Assembly: GCA_008369845.1 (NCBI GenBank)
Contig: MRSU01006018.1
Location: forward strand, 1-64,000
Direction: 5' to 3'
Source: Trichomonas gallinae
Taxonomy: Eukaryota
Length of the DNA stretch: 64,000 bases
The notes under the pieces are model-generated. The model did not search any database, had not been told where the DNA came from, and saw nothing but the letters and a program-made list of their open reading frames with translations. This document shows positions 33,421 to 44,633 of the stretch, in pieces; the first letter of the stretch is position 1, and every line of letters starts with the position of its first letter. Both the position numbers and the translations under genes were made by a program.

Positions 33421-33479
33421 TCAAATTAGTAAGATAAATGCAAAAAGTTAGTTTTCTTACAATAATATATATGATCTAT

Positions 33480-34341
33480 CAAAAGGGTGTTACTATCTTT
33501 TTCGGTAGTATTATCTGAAGAGCTGTCGTCGAAACCTGGCTTGTGTCGTCTAAAATATTAATGATGATTGATCGCTTTCAAATATATTCGTATCACCGTT
33601 TTTGGCGCCTACAATAGTTAAATAATCAATCGTGAGATTAGTTGAATGCAGGTAAATCATGCCGATCCTTTGCTCAGTCTGCACATAGTTTATTACTGAT
33701 ATACGAGAGAAAGTTGCATTTCCGTTTAGTTCGGCTTCGATTGCAATTGTTAATGTCGATGAATTTTCGATTGTAATGTATTGGATTGTTCCTATTGTAC
33801 CTTGCAAAGCGAAACTACCGACATAGTCGTTATAGCAGTTTGTAAGATTAATATTTTAGACTGATGAATGACCGTAGAAATCAAATGGTCTCATGCAATT
33901 ATCGCGTCCATTATTGAACGTGTCATTAGTTGAGCACGAATTGATTGACGTTGATTTGATATATAAATTTGTTGCTTGAGCATACAAGAATTGCCATTTA
34001 GGGTCAATATCATCGTGATTAAAACAATTGCAACTGAAGCATCGAGAAGCAGTACTTTGATCAATATATAAAGCTCCATTCGTTGAAATGAAACAAATTG
34101 CACCACCCATATTATTTTTAGCACAGTGAATGATGGTACATTTAGCAACTGCCAAGAAAACGCTTGCATAGTTGCAATATATAGCTGAGCCAGATTCCGA
34201 CCATTGTTGAATTTCATTAAATTTGCAATTTTCAGCTAAATAGTTACCTGATTGTTGTATACTGTATATATCAATTGATGTTGAAGCAAATTCGCTTGAA
34301 ATTGTCCAATTTCTTGTTGAGCATGGTGCAGGTATCAACAT
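33480..34341 (-). pseudogene. Disrupted beta-helix/Pmp-like family gene
   Basis: ORFs 33856-34341 and 33550-33807 are in the same frame, separated by one TAA (SSV*NINLTNC). SGSAIYC and GGAICF motifs are present, with a probable further frameshift near 33550. Confidence 0.7.
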
Positions 34342-34349
34342 AAAACTAT

Positions 34350-34510
34350 TTCATTAATCACATTTGCTTACCATTATTATAAAACATTCATCAATCGAAT
34401 TTGTTTATCATCATTATAAGGAATTCATCAATCACATTTGTGTATTAATTCTATAAAGAAATCATCACTCATATTTCTTTATCTTTATTATAAAAAACTC
34501 ATCAATCTCT
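34350..34510. repeat. Degenerate tandem repeat, about 37-38-bp unit, 4+ copies
   Basis: Unit approximately TTCATCAATCACATTTGYTTATCATTATTATAAARAA, immediately upstream of the disrupted gene. Confidence 0.75.
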
Positions 34511-35801
34511 AATAATAATCTAAAATCGGGTATTTTAGGGGTGAAAAAAAAAAAAAAATAAATCGGTGAAAATGTTAATTTCCACTCAATTTTCCTGGTT
34601 TTTACGACTTGTAATATAATTATGAAAACTGTGCTGTACATCTATTGAGATTGGTATATTGCGTTTTTGGCAACATACATGAAATTGACTAACTGCATAT
34701 CGAGATTAACCTGGATTTAGCATAGTGTTTGGTATTTTATGTATTTGCTAGTAACTATAGTTATTGGTGAATGTATTATAAAGCTTTCTCTCTAATATTG
34801 ATGAAGTTAATTAAATGCAATTTGTATGAAACTTGGGTTTAGATGATGTCTTGATTTGAACAAAATATAGTGAATATGAGCGCATTTACTGATTAACATC
34901 AATCATTTCATGCAATATGTATAAGTACAACATATATTTCCTATATTAGATATTATCGAAATTTTTATGGTCTGTAAATTTGAAATGTGTGTATAGAATT
35001 ATATTCTAATAAGCGCATTTGTTTGTTTACGACTATTCTTATTAAACAAAATAAGTAATTATTATTTTGATTAAATATTAATAGGAAAAATGACTATTAT
35101 CTCATATTCACTATCATATTGCACGTTAGTAAGATAATGCATATCAGTAAAAAGTTATTTGTACTATTATTTGACGTGAACGAAAAAATTACGTATTAAA
35201 ATGAGATTGAAAGCACTAATTAGGGCTGAATGACTGATAAAATATGAATATGTATCAGTTAGTAGGGTTTTTTAATGCTCTTGTCGAGATCTTGTAATAG
35301 GAAAATACGGATTTGATTGGTAATATAAGTTATATTCGAGTTTTGATTTATAACTAAAACTATTTATTGATGAATTTGGGCTAGTATCTGGATTTTATTA
35401 CAGATATTAAATTTGATTTAATTAAATTAAATTATCTAGTACAATCAATGCGTATTTTCTGCTATACGTTGCTAAATTATGCATACTATATGGAATCGCA
35501 TGGTAGAAAGCATGAATTTACGCACTAATTACGCAAAAGTTGTAATTATGAGCCTAAGAGCATCTCCAGTAACAGTTATGACTATAATTATGCATGTGTA
35601 TTAAGCATCATGGTGATTAAATATCCTTGTCTGTAGAAATGGATTAAATGTTTCATTTGAGCACAAAGTACCATTTGTCTATTGATTTTAGTATGAAAGA
35701 ATATTTAGATGATCTAGATACAGATAATATTATGATTAAAGATTTGATTTTTACTGATTATAACACAAGATAATAAAAGAAAAAGACTAGCGTATAATTT
35801 T

Positions 35802-35841
35802 AAAAGGTGACACCACGAAAAGTGACACTTTAAAAAGTGAC
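35802..35841 (+). promoter_or_regulatory. Three tandem AAAA(G)GTGAC core-promoter motifs upstream of TAF5-like gene
   Basis: AAAAGGTGAC, AAAAGTGAC and AAAAAGTGAC, ending 7 nt before the ATG at 35849. Confidence 0.6.
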
Positions 35842-35848
35842 GAATCCT

Positions 35849-37285
35849 ATGTCTACAGAAGAAAGCAGGCAAAAAGTTAGGAATGCTTTTGGCTTTACAA
35901 CAGATTCTACTCCCAAAGGTATAACGCTGGATGATCTAATGAAGTCGAATTTATTCTTAAAAGCAATCCCTAAAACATTTTCTTTAACAAATCCAAGCCA
36001 AAAACCATTAACAGAATCTCAGAAATTCAAAACTTTACTCCATTTCGTCGAAAAACATAAAGATAAAACAAATCTTATTCAATTATTAATTCCAGTTTTC
36101 TGTACTTCATATATGAATCTGAAAGACAAAGGTGACTTAGAAGAATGCCAAAAATTCATAGAATTCATGACAAAAATTCCAGCTGGTCATAGATCAGTTG
36201 TTGAAAGATTTGTTCAGAATGAAAAAGTCTACGGAAACTACGCGTGCTTATTCTCTACGCAAAATATGATGATTGAGGTTACAATTGAAGAAGCAGAATT
36301 AATCAAACAGTTCCTTAACGAAGCACAAAATTCAGAACTTCGCAGACAGATCACTTCCCACGTTGAATTAATACCTAAATACGAGGTTAAACCACATAGC
36401 AATACAGAAATTAAGTTCTCACAAAATTCTACATTAAAAGATATTTCGATTTTACAAACAGTAATTCCAGAAGCTACACATGCTGTTGTTAGCAACTACA
36501 GTACTGATTTTTACGCAGCATTTCTAAATTCACAAGTTTATAGATTTAATGGTAAAGAAAACGTATCTCAGTTAATTACAACGCATTCATCGAATGTCAC
36601 ATCATTATCTCTTTCAAGTACAGGCTCATTATTGCTATCAACAGACATAGAAGGAAATTATAATCTTTGGCACGAAACAGCATCAGCTAAAGGTACCTTG
36701 ACTATGTCATCCATTTGGTGTTCTTGTTTTGCACCACAAGGTGGTGTTTTCGCAATAGGTGGCGATCAATGCGCATATTTATACGACGCATCACGAAATT
36801 CTAAGTTCAGATCATTCGTAGGCCACCAGAAAGCTCTCACATCCATACAATTCCACCCAAACTGCGCCTTAGTTGGCACAACATCCGCAGATGGAACAGC
36901 AAGAATCTGGGATGTCAGGACAGGAAGCTCGCAAAGGCTATTCTACGATGAGGCCAGTAAGCAGATGAAGAACAGGTACTCAAATATTGCTTTTTCACCG
37001 AATGGACAGCTAATTTCATATTACAATGGAAAAGTTTACATTGCAAATATTGGATCAAATAAAGAAATCGCATCACAGCCAGTAAGTGTTGGAAGAGTAA
37101 AGTCCATCCAATTTGCACAAGATTCAAAGTCCGTTTTTGTTATAGGAGAAAGCGGAAGCATCCAATTATTTTCATTTAATGAAGATGCGATAGTCAAGGA
37201 CGTCGTTAACCTCAATGTCAATGTTATCGATGCCAAACTGAACCCAATGAATGAATTATTTGTACTCGCTTCCCATGAATTATAA
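35849..37285 (+). CDS. TAF5: TFIID subunit TAF5-like WD40 protein
   Basis: NTD2-like KFKTLLHFVE..LIQLLIPVFCTSYMNL plus the WD repeat RSFVGHQKALTSIQFHPNCALVGTTSADGTARIWDVRTG typical of TAF5. ATG at 35849. Confidence 0.75.
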   Translation: MSTEESRQKVRNAFGFTTDSTPKGITLDDLMKSNLFLKAIPKTFSLTNPSQKPLTESQKFKTLLHFVEKHKDKTNLIQLLIPVFCTSYMNLKDKGDLEECQKFIEFMTKIPAGHRSVVERFVQNEKVYGNYACLFSTQNMMIEVTIEEAELIKQFLNEAQNSELRRQITSHVELIPKYEVKPHSNTEIKFSQNSTLKDISILQTVIPEATHAVVSNYSTDFYAAFLNSQVYRFNGKENVSQLITTHSSNVTSLSLSSTGSLLLSTDIEGNYNLWHETASAKGTLTMSSIWCSCFAPQGGVFAIGGDQCAYLYDASRNSKFRSFVGHQKALTSIQFHPNCALVGTTSADGTARIWDVRTGSSQRLFYDEASKQMKNRYSNIAFSPNGQLISYYNGKVYIANIGSNKEIASQPVSVGRVKSIQFAQDSKSVFVIGESGSIQLFSFNEDAIVKDVVNLNVNVIDAKLNPMNELFVLASHEL

Positions 37286-37477
37286 AATTTTATAGAGTTA
37301 TACACTTCTTATAATTATTTGACACGTAAAATGTCAAATATCTCAAATCTGACATTACATGTCACATTTTGAGGTGTCAAATACTTCTAATATTTGATAT
37401 GTAAATGTCAGATTCTGAAGTGTCAAATTTTGTTGATTAAAAATTTTTATTACTGACATGTGACATAAAAACAGAAG

Positions 37478-38575
37478 ATGGAAAAGTCTTTAATTATATC
37501 AAATCTTGATCCTTTTACTACAGAAAATGAAATACGCCGCGAAATCGGCGGACCCGTGCCAATTATCAGCATCTACCCGATCGTTGATACGTTTATGAAC
37601 ACAGAATATGCTTTTCCATTATATATCATTCAAACAACACAGGAAGGAATGACGCAGGCGCTTAGTGGAGAGTCCATTTATAAGATTAGAGGCAAAATAC
37701 TCCAATTTACACAAACAGAACAATTTGTTCAAAATAATTGCGGAATTGTATTGTTTGGCGAAACAAAATACACAACATGTGAGGATGTTTTGCACTCGCT
37801 TGTCGATTGCCAGATAGATTCAGTCGAGTACATCCAAACAACGAATGGCAAACTATTTTTCGTTAATCTCAAGAAGAAAGATGATATTGACTCATTCTTA
37901 TTATCGAAACCATGCTGTGAGATCAATTCACGCTTGTATTACTCACATAAGTTCCCATTATTACCGCAAAAAATTGTTGATGAATTTGAACCTACGATAA
38001 ACATGGAAACACTCCAAGACCAGACATTTACTATCGTCCACAACAACGAAGAATACAAGGTTCCATATTATATTGCAGCAGCTGTCTCAAAATTGGTTCA
38101 AGATGAAATTTCTAAAAATTCAAGCGTTACAAAGATAGAAATCGAAAATATTCCAGGCCAATTCTCTAAAATTGTCGACATATTATATGGTCGCCCTGTA
38201 CACATTAACGAAGATCCAACATTCTTCTTTAAGATCGGCATTGTTTTAGGTATTCAGTCATTAATTGAAGCAACAGAAGCATATGCATACAATGCTCTTG
38301 ACATTAAGACCATTATGCCATACATTAAAATTACATTAAAATACAAACGTGGAATTCAACCATTATTACGCTATGTTCGCACTCACTATGATGAATTAGC
38401 TAAAATCGAAGAGTTCAAACAGTATGAAGACGAATTACTTCGACTTGCAAGAGAAGAAGAAGAAAAACGCAGATTTATGACAAAAGAACAGTTTGATAAA
38501 ATCATCACAGACACATCTATCGACTTGAACACACAGCGTGAAAAGCTAAAGCGTTTAATCGCTTCTGGAATTTAA
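37478..38575 (+). CDS. Protein with degenerate N-terminal RRM-like and C-terminal BTB/POZ-like domains
   Basis: SLIISNLDPFTTENEIR is RNP2-like. FTIVHNNEEYKVPYYIAAAVSKLV..FSKIVDILYG..IGIVLGIQSL is BTB-like. Confidence 0.6.
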   Translation: MEKSLIISNLDPFTTENEIRREIGGPVPIISIYPIVDTFMNTEYAFPLYIIQTTQEGMTQALSGESIYKIRGKILQFTQTEQFVQNNCGIVLFGETKYTTCEDVLHSLVDCQIDSVEYIQTTNGKLFFVNLKKKDDIDSFLLSKPCCEINSRLYYSHKFPLLPQKIVDEFEPTINMETLQDQTFTIVHNNEEYKVPYYIAAAVSKLVQDEISKNSSVTKIEIENIPGQFSKIVDILYGRPVHINEDPTFFFKIGIVLGIQSLIEATEAYAYNALDIKTIMPYIKITLKYKRGIQPLLRYVRTHYDELAKIEEFKQYEDELLRLAREEEEKRRFMTKEQFDKIITDTSIDLNTQREKLKRLIASGI

Positions 38576-38667
38576 TCATGTATTTATTTTTGTTAACTAT
38601 CAACTAAACCTCTAATTTTACTATTATAACATTCATTGACAAACTAATTTTTGATTGCAATTCACCC

Positions 38668-39096
38668 AAATTAAATTAATGTAAAAGATATGGTTTAGCC
38701 ATTATAATAATATTTTTACGTGATATTTATGTTATATATTAATTCATATTTGCTTAAAAACATAAAAAAATTTTATCAAAATTAATTTAATACAATAGAT
38801 AGTGTTTAGCCATTAGGATAATATTATTACAGTATACACTTGTAATATATTAATTTAAAATTGCTGAAAAATAAAATAAAAAATTCACAAAATTAATTTA
38901 ATGAAATATATGCAGTTTAGCTATTATAATAATAATATTTTTATGTGATTTATATATTATAAAATAATTCATATATGTTTAAAAACATAAAAAATTTCAT
39001 CAAAATTAATTTAAAGTAATATAGGTTGTTTGATTAATAGAATAATATTTTTACGTGATATATATGTTATTGATTAATTCATATTTGCTTAAAAAC
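38668..39096. repeat. Degenerate tandem repeat, about 110-bp unit, 4 copies
   Basis: AAATTAATTTAA...GTTTAGCCATTA..ATAATATTTTTACGTGATAT...TTAATTCATATTTGCTTAAAAAC recurs at about 38668, 38778, 38889 and 39002. Confidence 0.8.
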
Positions 39097-39177
39097 TAGT
39101 TTTTGTTATGTTTTGAAGAAAATTAAAAAAATAATTTGTCACTTTTTATAATTCCGTTGCTAAATTTATAAAAAAAA

Positions 39178-39714
39178 ATGGGTTGTTCATCATCACAGCA
39201 AGAAACAACTAAAAACGCGTCAACGATTTGCTTTTTAGGCCTTGATGGTGCTGGAAAATCACATATTGTACATAGAATATTAAACAACGACTCTAAAGAT
39301 TATATTCCGATTTCAACACCAGCTTCTGAGTACTACGAGATTCCAGAATACAATCTTAGACTTTTTGATGTTGGAGGACTTGGAAAATATAGAGAGTTAT
39401 GGATTCAAATTGTTAAACAAAGCGATGGAGTTGTTTTCGTTATTGATAAAACTGATCACGTAAGAATGAGTCGCGTACGCGAAGAGATATCAGAAGTACT
39501 TGCTGAATGCTCAAATCTTTCAATTCCAATCCTTATTTTAGCCAACAAATGCGACTTAGATAAAACATTAAACGAAAATGATATAAGTTCTATTACTCAG
39601 ATCTCACAGTTCCACGTAGAGTATGCCATTAAAGACTGCTCTGCTGTTACTGGCGAAGGAATTACTTCTGGTAGAGATTGGATCATGCAGCATGTTAAGG
39701 CTAAGAACGAATAA
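39178..39714 (+). CDS. ARF-like (Arl) small GTPase
   Basis: MGC N-terminus, GLDGAGKS, DVGG, VVFVID, ANKCDL, CSAVTGEG. Confidence 0.92.
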   Translation: MGCSSSQQETTKNASTICFLGLDGAGKSHIVHRILNNDSKDYIPISTPASEYYEIPEYNLRLFDVGGLGKYRELWIQIVKQSDGVVFVIDKTDHVRMSRVREEISEVLAECSNLSIPILILANKCDLDKTLNENDISSITQISQFHVEYAIKDCSAVTGEGITSGRDWIMQHVKAKNE

Positions 39715-40534
39715 ATTGTTAGAATTCATTAAGCTAATGCTCTTATTATTGTTTGGCAACATTATTTATTAAAAAATTTTGTTTCTCTTATTTCATCAAA
39801 TACAAAAACTACTTTAATCATAGTGGACAAGTTAACAGTGTGTTTATATGAATGTTTGCAAACTTATTTTTGATTCTTCTTCTTTCAATCAAAATAGTTT
39901 GATTTTAAGAAGCTACAATTGAATGTAGAGATTAATATAACTTGATAGCTTTATTAACAAGCATCAAAATTTAAATAACAAAAAATATATTTTCGATATT
40001 AAAAACCAAAATGAAATCTAGTATGTGGTTAAACTTTTATGCATGATTTTGATGATAAAAGATAAAAATAATAACTATTAAACGAAATATATAAATAATT
40101 TAAACTTCAATTTTGACTCAACTCTAACTATTTTATCATTGTATCATGTATGGCATGTAAATTTTGAGTTTTAAACTACTTCGATCTTGAATCGAAAATT
40201 ATTTTTTGTTTAACATGTAATATAAGAACTGGAACGTGTCTGCAATCATGCATCTTCTATAGTTATTGGCATGTGGTATATTTTTATGATTATAAGCACA
40301 AGAATGGATGACTTTATTCGTACCACATTCGTCCGAATAAATATATCGAAATATGAACATAGCAAGACAAAGAGGATGCAAAAGACAACAGCAGTTGCTG
40401 AAGAATGTATGAAATATATTTTCGCTGTCTTTGATTGTTTATTGGATTTGATTTTGCAATAATTCACATCAAATCGTCATACACATATATACATATAGTG
40501 TTTTAGTAGATAAGCATATATATTAAAACAGATC

Positions 40535-41278
40535 ATGACTTTAATAATTAGTCACAAAGTTACAGCGTCATCAAGTTCAAAATTTTATATGAGAAACAAA
40601 AACAAAGAACTTAAGCTTAAGTACAGGTTTCTCACTGATGAACCATATACATCAGAGCTATATAGTAGCCTCCTTCAGCCAGCTTTGACACAAATCAAAG
40701 ATTCTTACTCGAATTCACAAAAAGAACCAAGTTCTAAAGATGAAGTTATCAAAATCATCGCCATTTCTGCAGCTAAAGGCGCTGCAATTGGATTTTTGAA
40801 GGCTTTTACAAAGGTTGCTGTTAGAAATATGACGAAAGATTATGAAAAACAGAAACACAAAGAGTCAAAGGATCTTTATTTCCTCAATTATTATACTAAT
40901 CCAAAAATGTATCCAGCGATGCTCAGAGGATTGAAATCAGAACTACAGGTAGAAATGATCTATCAAGCTTGCAGAAAATCGATCAATTCAATGTCTAGAC
41001 TACTCATACATCCAACAAACCTCGAGTTTCATAAGTCTCTAGGCGTCAGTCTTGTTCGTTCATTTACAAGCAATCTTATAACAGCTTCAACAATCTACCC
41101 GTTGTCATTATATTTATATACAAATCATAGCGCAGAAGAAATCATGCGTAAAACTCTGAAAAGATCAGGTCCAGGTTCATTATTCGCGAGTTTGACTTCT
41201 TTGGGCTTATCAATCGTTTCTTCTGTAATGCCATCATATAGAGATACACTTGCTGTACTCTCAGATATTGTTTCTTAA
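40535..41278 (+). CDS. Hypothetical basic protein with hydrophobic segments
   Basis: 247-aa ATG ORF with coding-like composition. The true start could be the second ATG. No family recognised. Confidence 0.65.
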   Translation: MTLIISHKVTASSSSKFYMRNKNKELKLKYRFLTDEPYTSELYSSLLQPALTQIKDSYSNSQKEPSSKDEVIKIIAISAAKGAAIGFLKAFTKVAVRNMTKDYEKQKHKESKDLYFLNYYTNPKMYPAMLRGLKSELQVEMIYQACRKSINSMSRLLIHPTNLEFHKSLGVSLVRSFTSNLITASTIYPLSLYLYTNHSAEEIMRKTLKRSGPGSLFASLTSLGLSIVSSVMPSYRDTLAVLSDIVS

Positions 41279-41545
41279 ATTATTATTATTTTTATATATT
41301 AAACAATTTATCATGCATAACTTATTGAATATAATATATTTGATTACATGCAATATTGTTCGACACGATTTCATAACGATTTTAAACTTTTGATTAAATA
41401 TCAAGAATATTCTTGTGTTTATTAAAAATTCAATTGTAAAATTTGACATAATTTATGTAGATTACGGTATCTCTATTGCTTGTCTATTAGTTTGCACCTT
41501 AATATTTAATTAAAAAAATAAAATTGTTTTACTGAAAAGCATGAC

Positions 41546-42661
41546 TTAGTGGATCATATTGACAAGTGTATCAACCTCATTTGCGAATGAGAGAATTTCA
41601 TTATCAATATTGCGAACATCATTATCAATATATAAAACCTTGTTACTTGGCTGATCAATTTTAGCACGAATAACATTATCTGAGATCATTAAATCAAGAT
41701 ATTGTTTGACTTTTTCTTCGGTTGTTCCAATGAGATTGGCCAATCGAGTAAACGAGATTGATTTATAGATGTATGATATCTGAATCATATTATGCTTCCT
41801 AACATTGTCTTCGAACTTTTGTTTATTAACCATTTTTTCTTCTTTGATAAAATCCCAGAATTTATTGATTAACTCATCTGATATGATTTGGTTTCCCATG
41901 AAGACATCAACCATCTTGTAAATATCCAATAAACGCGCCTCTTCAATTTGGGAAAGTTCAGAAAATTCAAAATCTCTGTGAGGTCCTGGTTGCGTATAGC
42001 ATGCAGTAATGATTGCCCTCTTTAGGTAATTTGCTTTTGCATCTGGATCCGTTTCTATTAAATATAGTTCTCTGAATAGCGAAGATGCTTTAATATGATG
42101 GCTGGTAACAACATTGTTCTCAGCTTGCATGGCTTTCCATCTCTTGGCAAGGCCTGCTTCCGTACCTAATGGATAAAAATATTCTGATCCATCCTTAATG
42201 ATATTATCAGCACTGTTATTTGATTCAACATACAAATTTCCTAATTTAACGTAATATCCTAAGATGTCGCTGTCTTTTACAGTTTTTGGATCTGGTTTTT
42301 GCCTTTCGAAGAACCTAGCGAATTCTATAATTCTCGTAATACTACGGCATGCTTTTTCGTAGATTTGGTTGAATTTTGGTACCTGTTGAATTAAATTTGT
42401 GTATTGATTAAATATTTTAGCTAATTTGGAAGAAAATTGGTAAGCAAGCTGCTGATCTTGGATTTTTTCAATCAAATCTGTGACATCATTGAGAGCTTTG
42501 GTTGCATCGTTTGGTTTTGCTGTTTTTTGGAAAAAAAGTTGTAAAGCCTCATCAAAATCTGTGGCATTGTTACCTTTAACCAGCCCACTGAGGTAGTCAC
42601 TGAGGTCATTCTCGACATTTGATGACTCTAACAGATGATCAATCTTCTCACTTACGCTCAT
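41546..42661 (-). CDS. PCI-domain protein, COP9 signalosome subunit 4-like
   Basis: YYVKLGNLYVE, AIITACYTQPGPHR, KHNMIQISYIYKSISFTRLANLIG, MISDNVIRAKIDQ. Confidence 0.7.
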   Translation of the reverse strand: MSVSEKIDHLLESSNVENDLSDYLSGLVKGNNATDFDEALQLFFQKTAKPNDATKALNDVTDLIEKIQDQQLAYQFSSKLAKIFNQYTNLIQQVPKFNQIYEKACRSITRIIEFARFFERQKPDPKTVKDSDILGYYVKLGNLYVESNNSADNIIKDGSEYFYPLGTEAGLAKRWKAMQAENNVVTSHHIKASSLFRELYLIETDPDAKANYLKRAIITACYTQPGPHRDFEFSELSQIEEARLLDIYKMVDVFMGNQIISDELINKFWDFIKEEKMVNKQKFEDNVRKHNMIQISYIYKSISFTRLANLIGTTEEKVKQYLDLMISDNVIRAKIDQPSNKVLYIDNDVRNIDNEILSFANEVDTLVNMIH

Positions 42662-42723
42662 TCTTTTATAATTGTCAAATTTTTTTCACTTATTTGGCAT
42701 AATTTTGTCATATTTTAAAAAAG

Positions 42724-42898
42724 ATTAATGAGGGACTGCATCCACATCAAATTTTGAGATTAACGATTATTTTTAATTCAAATTAAATTAATGAGGGGCT
42801 GCATCTAAATTATAATTGATGAGGGGCTGAATCCACATCAAAATTTGAGATCAACGATTATTTTAAATTCAAATCACATTGATGAGGGGCTGCATCTT
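42724..42898. repeat. Nested tandem repeat: two units of about 92 bp holding four TRATGAGGGRCTGMATC cores
   Basis: Cores at about 42726, 42789, 42818 and 42880, with alternating long and short spacers. Confidence 0.8.
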
Positions 42899-43384
42899 AA
42901 TAAGCGTAAAAAAAGAAAAGTTGATTCCAAATCATATTGGAGCCTGATTGAGCCCTAATATTTTTAATATATGTATACAGATAAATATATCAAGTGTACG
43001 AAATGCAATATTGATAAATTAGAATATTTGATATAAAATATTATATTAGATTGGTAAAATAATAGTCTAATACAATGTGGATATGAATGATAATTTAAGC
43101 ATTGATATTTTACTGAATCATTCATAAAATGATAGAATTGGTCAAAGTAATTTTCATGTTACACCATCAAAATTATATTGTTTTTTAAAATTTAATTTTG
43201 ATAATTTCTCTATTAGCAAATAGATTTTTATAAACAAATACATACAAAGTAATATATAAATAATGCTATAATATGAGACGCGCATTTTGAACTATGAGTT
43301 TTCATATTGCATTAATAAATCTAGTATATCATAATTAATATATAAATCAGAAGTATCTAGAATCATGTATTATTAGGTTTGCAG

Positions 43385-44107
43385 TCAACTAGATAAATAC
43401 ATTTTATCATCACCGGGCAAACTAAGCGATGATGAATTTTCTCCTGATTCACTAGACATATATTCTGGTATTTGCATATGCGGGGTCTCCGCATCTTCAG
43501 CAAATGTATCTGGAATATATCTTCTTGGAGATTCTAAGTCGTTATCAGTATTTAATGAGAAAGATTGATCTGTAACTGATTCCAAAAGCGAGGATGCAAC
43601 TTCGTAAGCTGATGCTTGCTTGGCGTAGATATGTGCTTTTGAAAAGAAATAAAGATTGATAATTTCGAGTGCCAAGTTGAATAATGAGGAAAAAGCTCGT
43701 GTAAAATGAAAAAATATCAGTAAAACAATGGCTAAACAGCCCCAAAATATTATTGATAAAAAGAATCCAAGCCAAAACGCGTTTGATTTTGTCGAATCGG
43801 GCACAAATGGAGGAGGTCTAACGTAATATTGAACAAAATCTCCATTTTCGTTTGGTTTAATAAAATTCCATTTTAATCCAGCCAAATGCAACCCAATTAC
43901 ATTTTTATTAACGAAAAACATGACCACTCCCATAGAAAACAGGACTACGATGACTATTATGTTGTTATCGACGAATAATGAAATTATTCCGAAAATAATG
44001 ATTGATAAAACCTTCATACCATAATACCCCGCAACATAGCTGACAGTGTTAACAGGCTGCAGCTTCGTTGACTGCTCTTCCTCATCAACACTATCGACCA
44101 CATCCAT
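43385..44107 (-). CDS. Golgi membrane protein TVP23/DUF846-like
   Basis: FFVNKNVIGLHLAGLKW and SNAFWLGF motifs with about four TM segments. Confidence 0.75.
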   Translation of the reverse strand: MDVVDSVDEEEQSTKLQPVNTVSYVAGYYGMKVLSIIIFGIISLFVDNNIIVIVVLFSMGVVMFFVNKNVIGLHLAGLKWNFIKPNENGDFVQYYVRPPPFVPDSTKSNAFWLGFFLSIIFWGCLAIVLLIFFHFTRAFSSLFNLALEIINLYFFSKAHIYAKQASAYEVASSLLESVTDQSFSLNTDNDLESPRRYIPDTFAEDAETPHMQIPEYMSSESGENSSSLSLPGDDKMYLSS

Positions 44108-44231
44108 TTTACAACTTTTATGAAATAATTAATGAATACAAATAGCGATGTTCGAAAAACAGTTCTTTCGAGCAAAAACGTCGAAAAAAAGACGGTTTTT
44201 TCGATACGCATCGATTTAGTTAGGGGGCACC

Positions 44232-44385
44232 ACTTTTTTTGAGTAGGGTACACCCCCCTTATGATGAGTAAAACGCCCTTTTCTTCAGAGTTTTATTGTT
44301 TCGATCGAAGAAACTGAAGGCGTCTCTGAGCCAGTCATTCATCTATGTCAGACATACAAACAAGAAATAGATGAATGCTTTACTA
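44232..44385 (+). ncRNA. Putative box C/D-containing structured small RNA
   Basis: Box C ATGATGA 44261-67, CTGA at 44314 and 44326. Stems ACGCC/GGCGT, TTTCTTC/GAAGAAA, CATTCATCTAT/ATAGATGAATG and AGTAGGGT/GCTTTACT. Upstream ACGGTTT and CACTTT. Confidence 0.6.
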
Positions 44386-44633
44386 TATAATTTATATATT
44401 TTTGCATTAAAAATTATCTCGAATCAGATTCTTATATTATTTTGCTTGTATATATTCAAGATATTTTAATGCATTCAGGCATTTTCGAATTGGCGCACGC
44501 CAAACGAGTTTTCTAAACAGATTAGTCTTTTCATCGTAGCAAAATTATATATTATAAACTATATACACCTAACTCCATGAATGTAACAGTTAAAACATTA
44601 AAAATTAAAATTTAGAAGTTTGATATGATTATT

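Noticed and set aside
40199..40467. Three overlapping 60-73-aa ORFs
   Set aside because: Mutually overlapping, with no domain or clear coding bias.
44261..44332. U3 snoRNA identity for the C/D candidate
   Set aside because: Some resemblance after the C box, but no internal box C/B pair or 5' box A/A' region complementary to 18S is visible.
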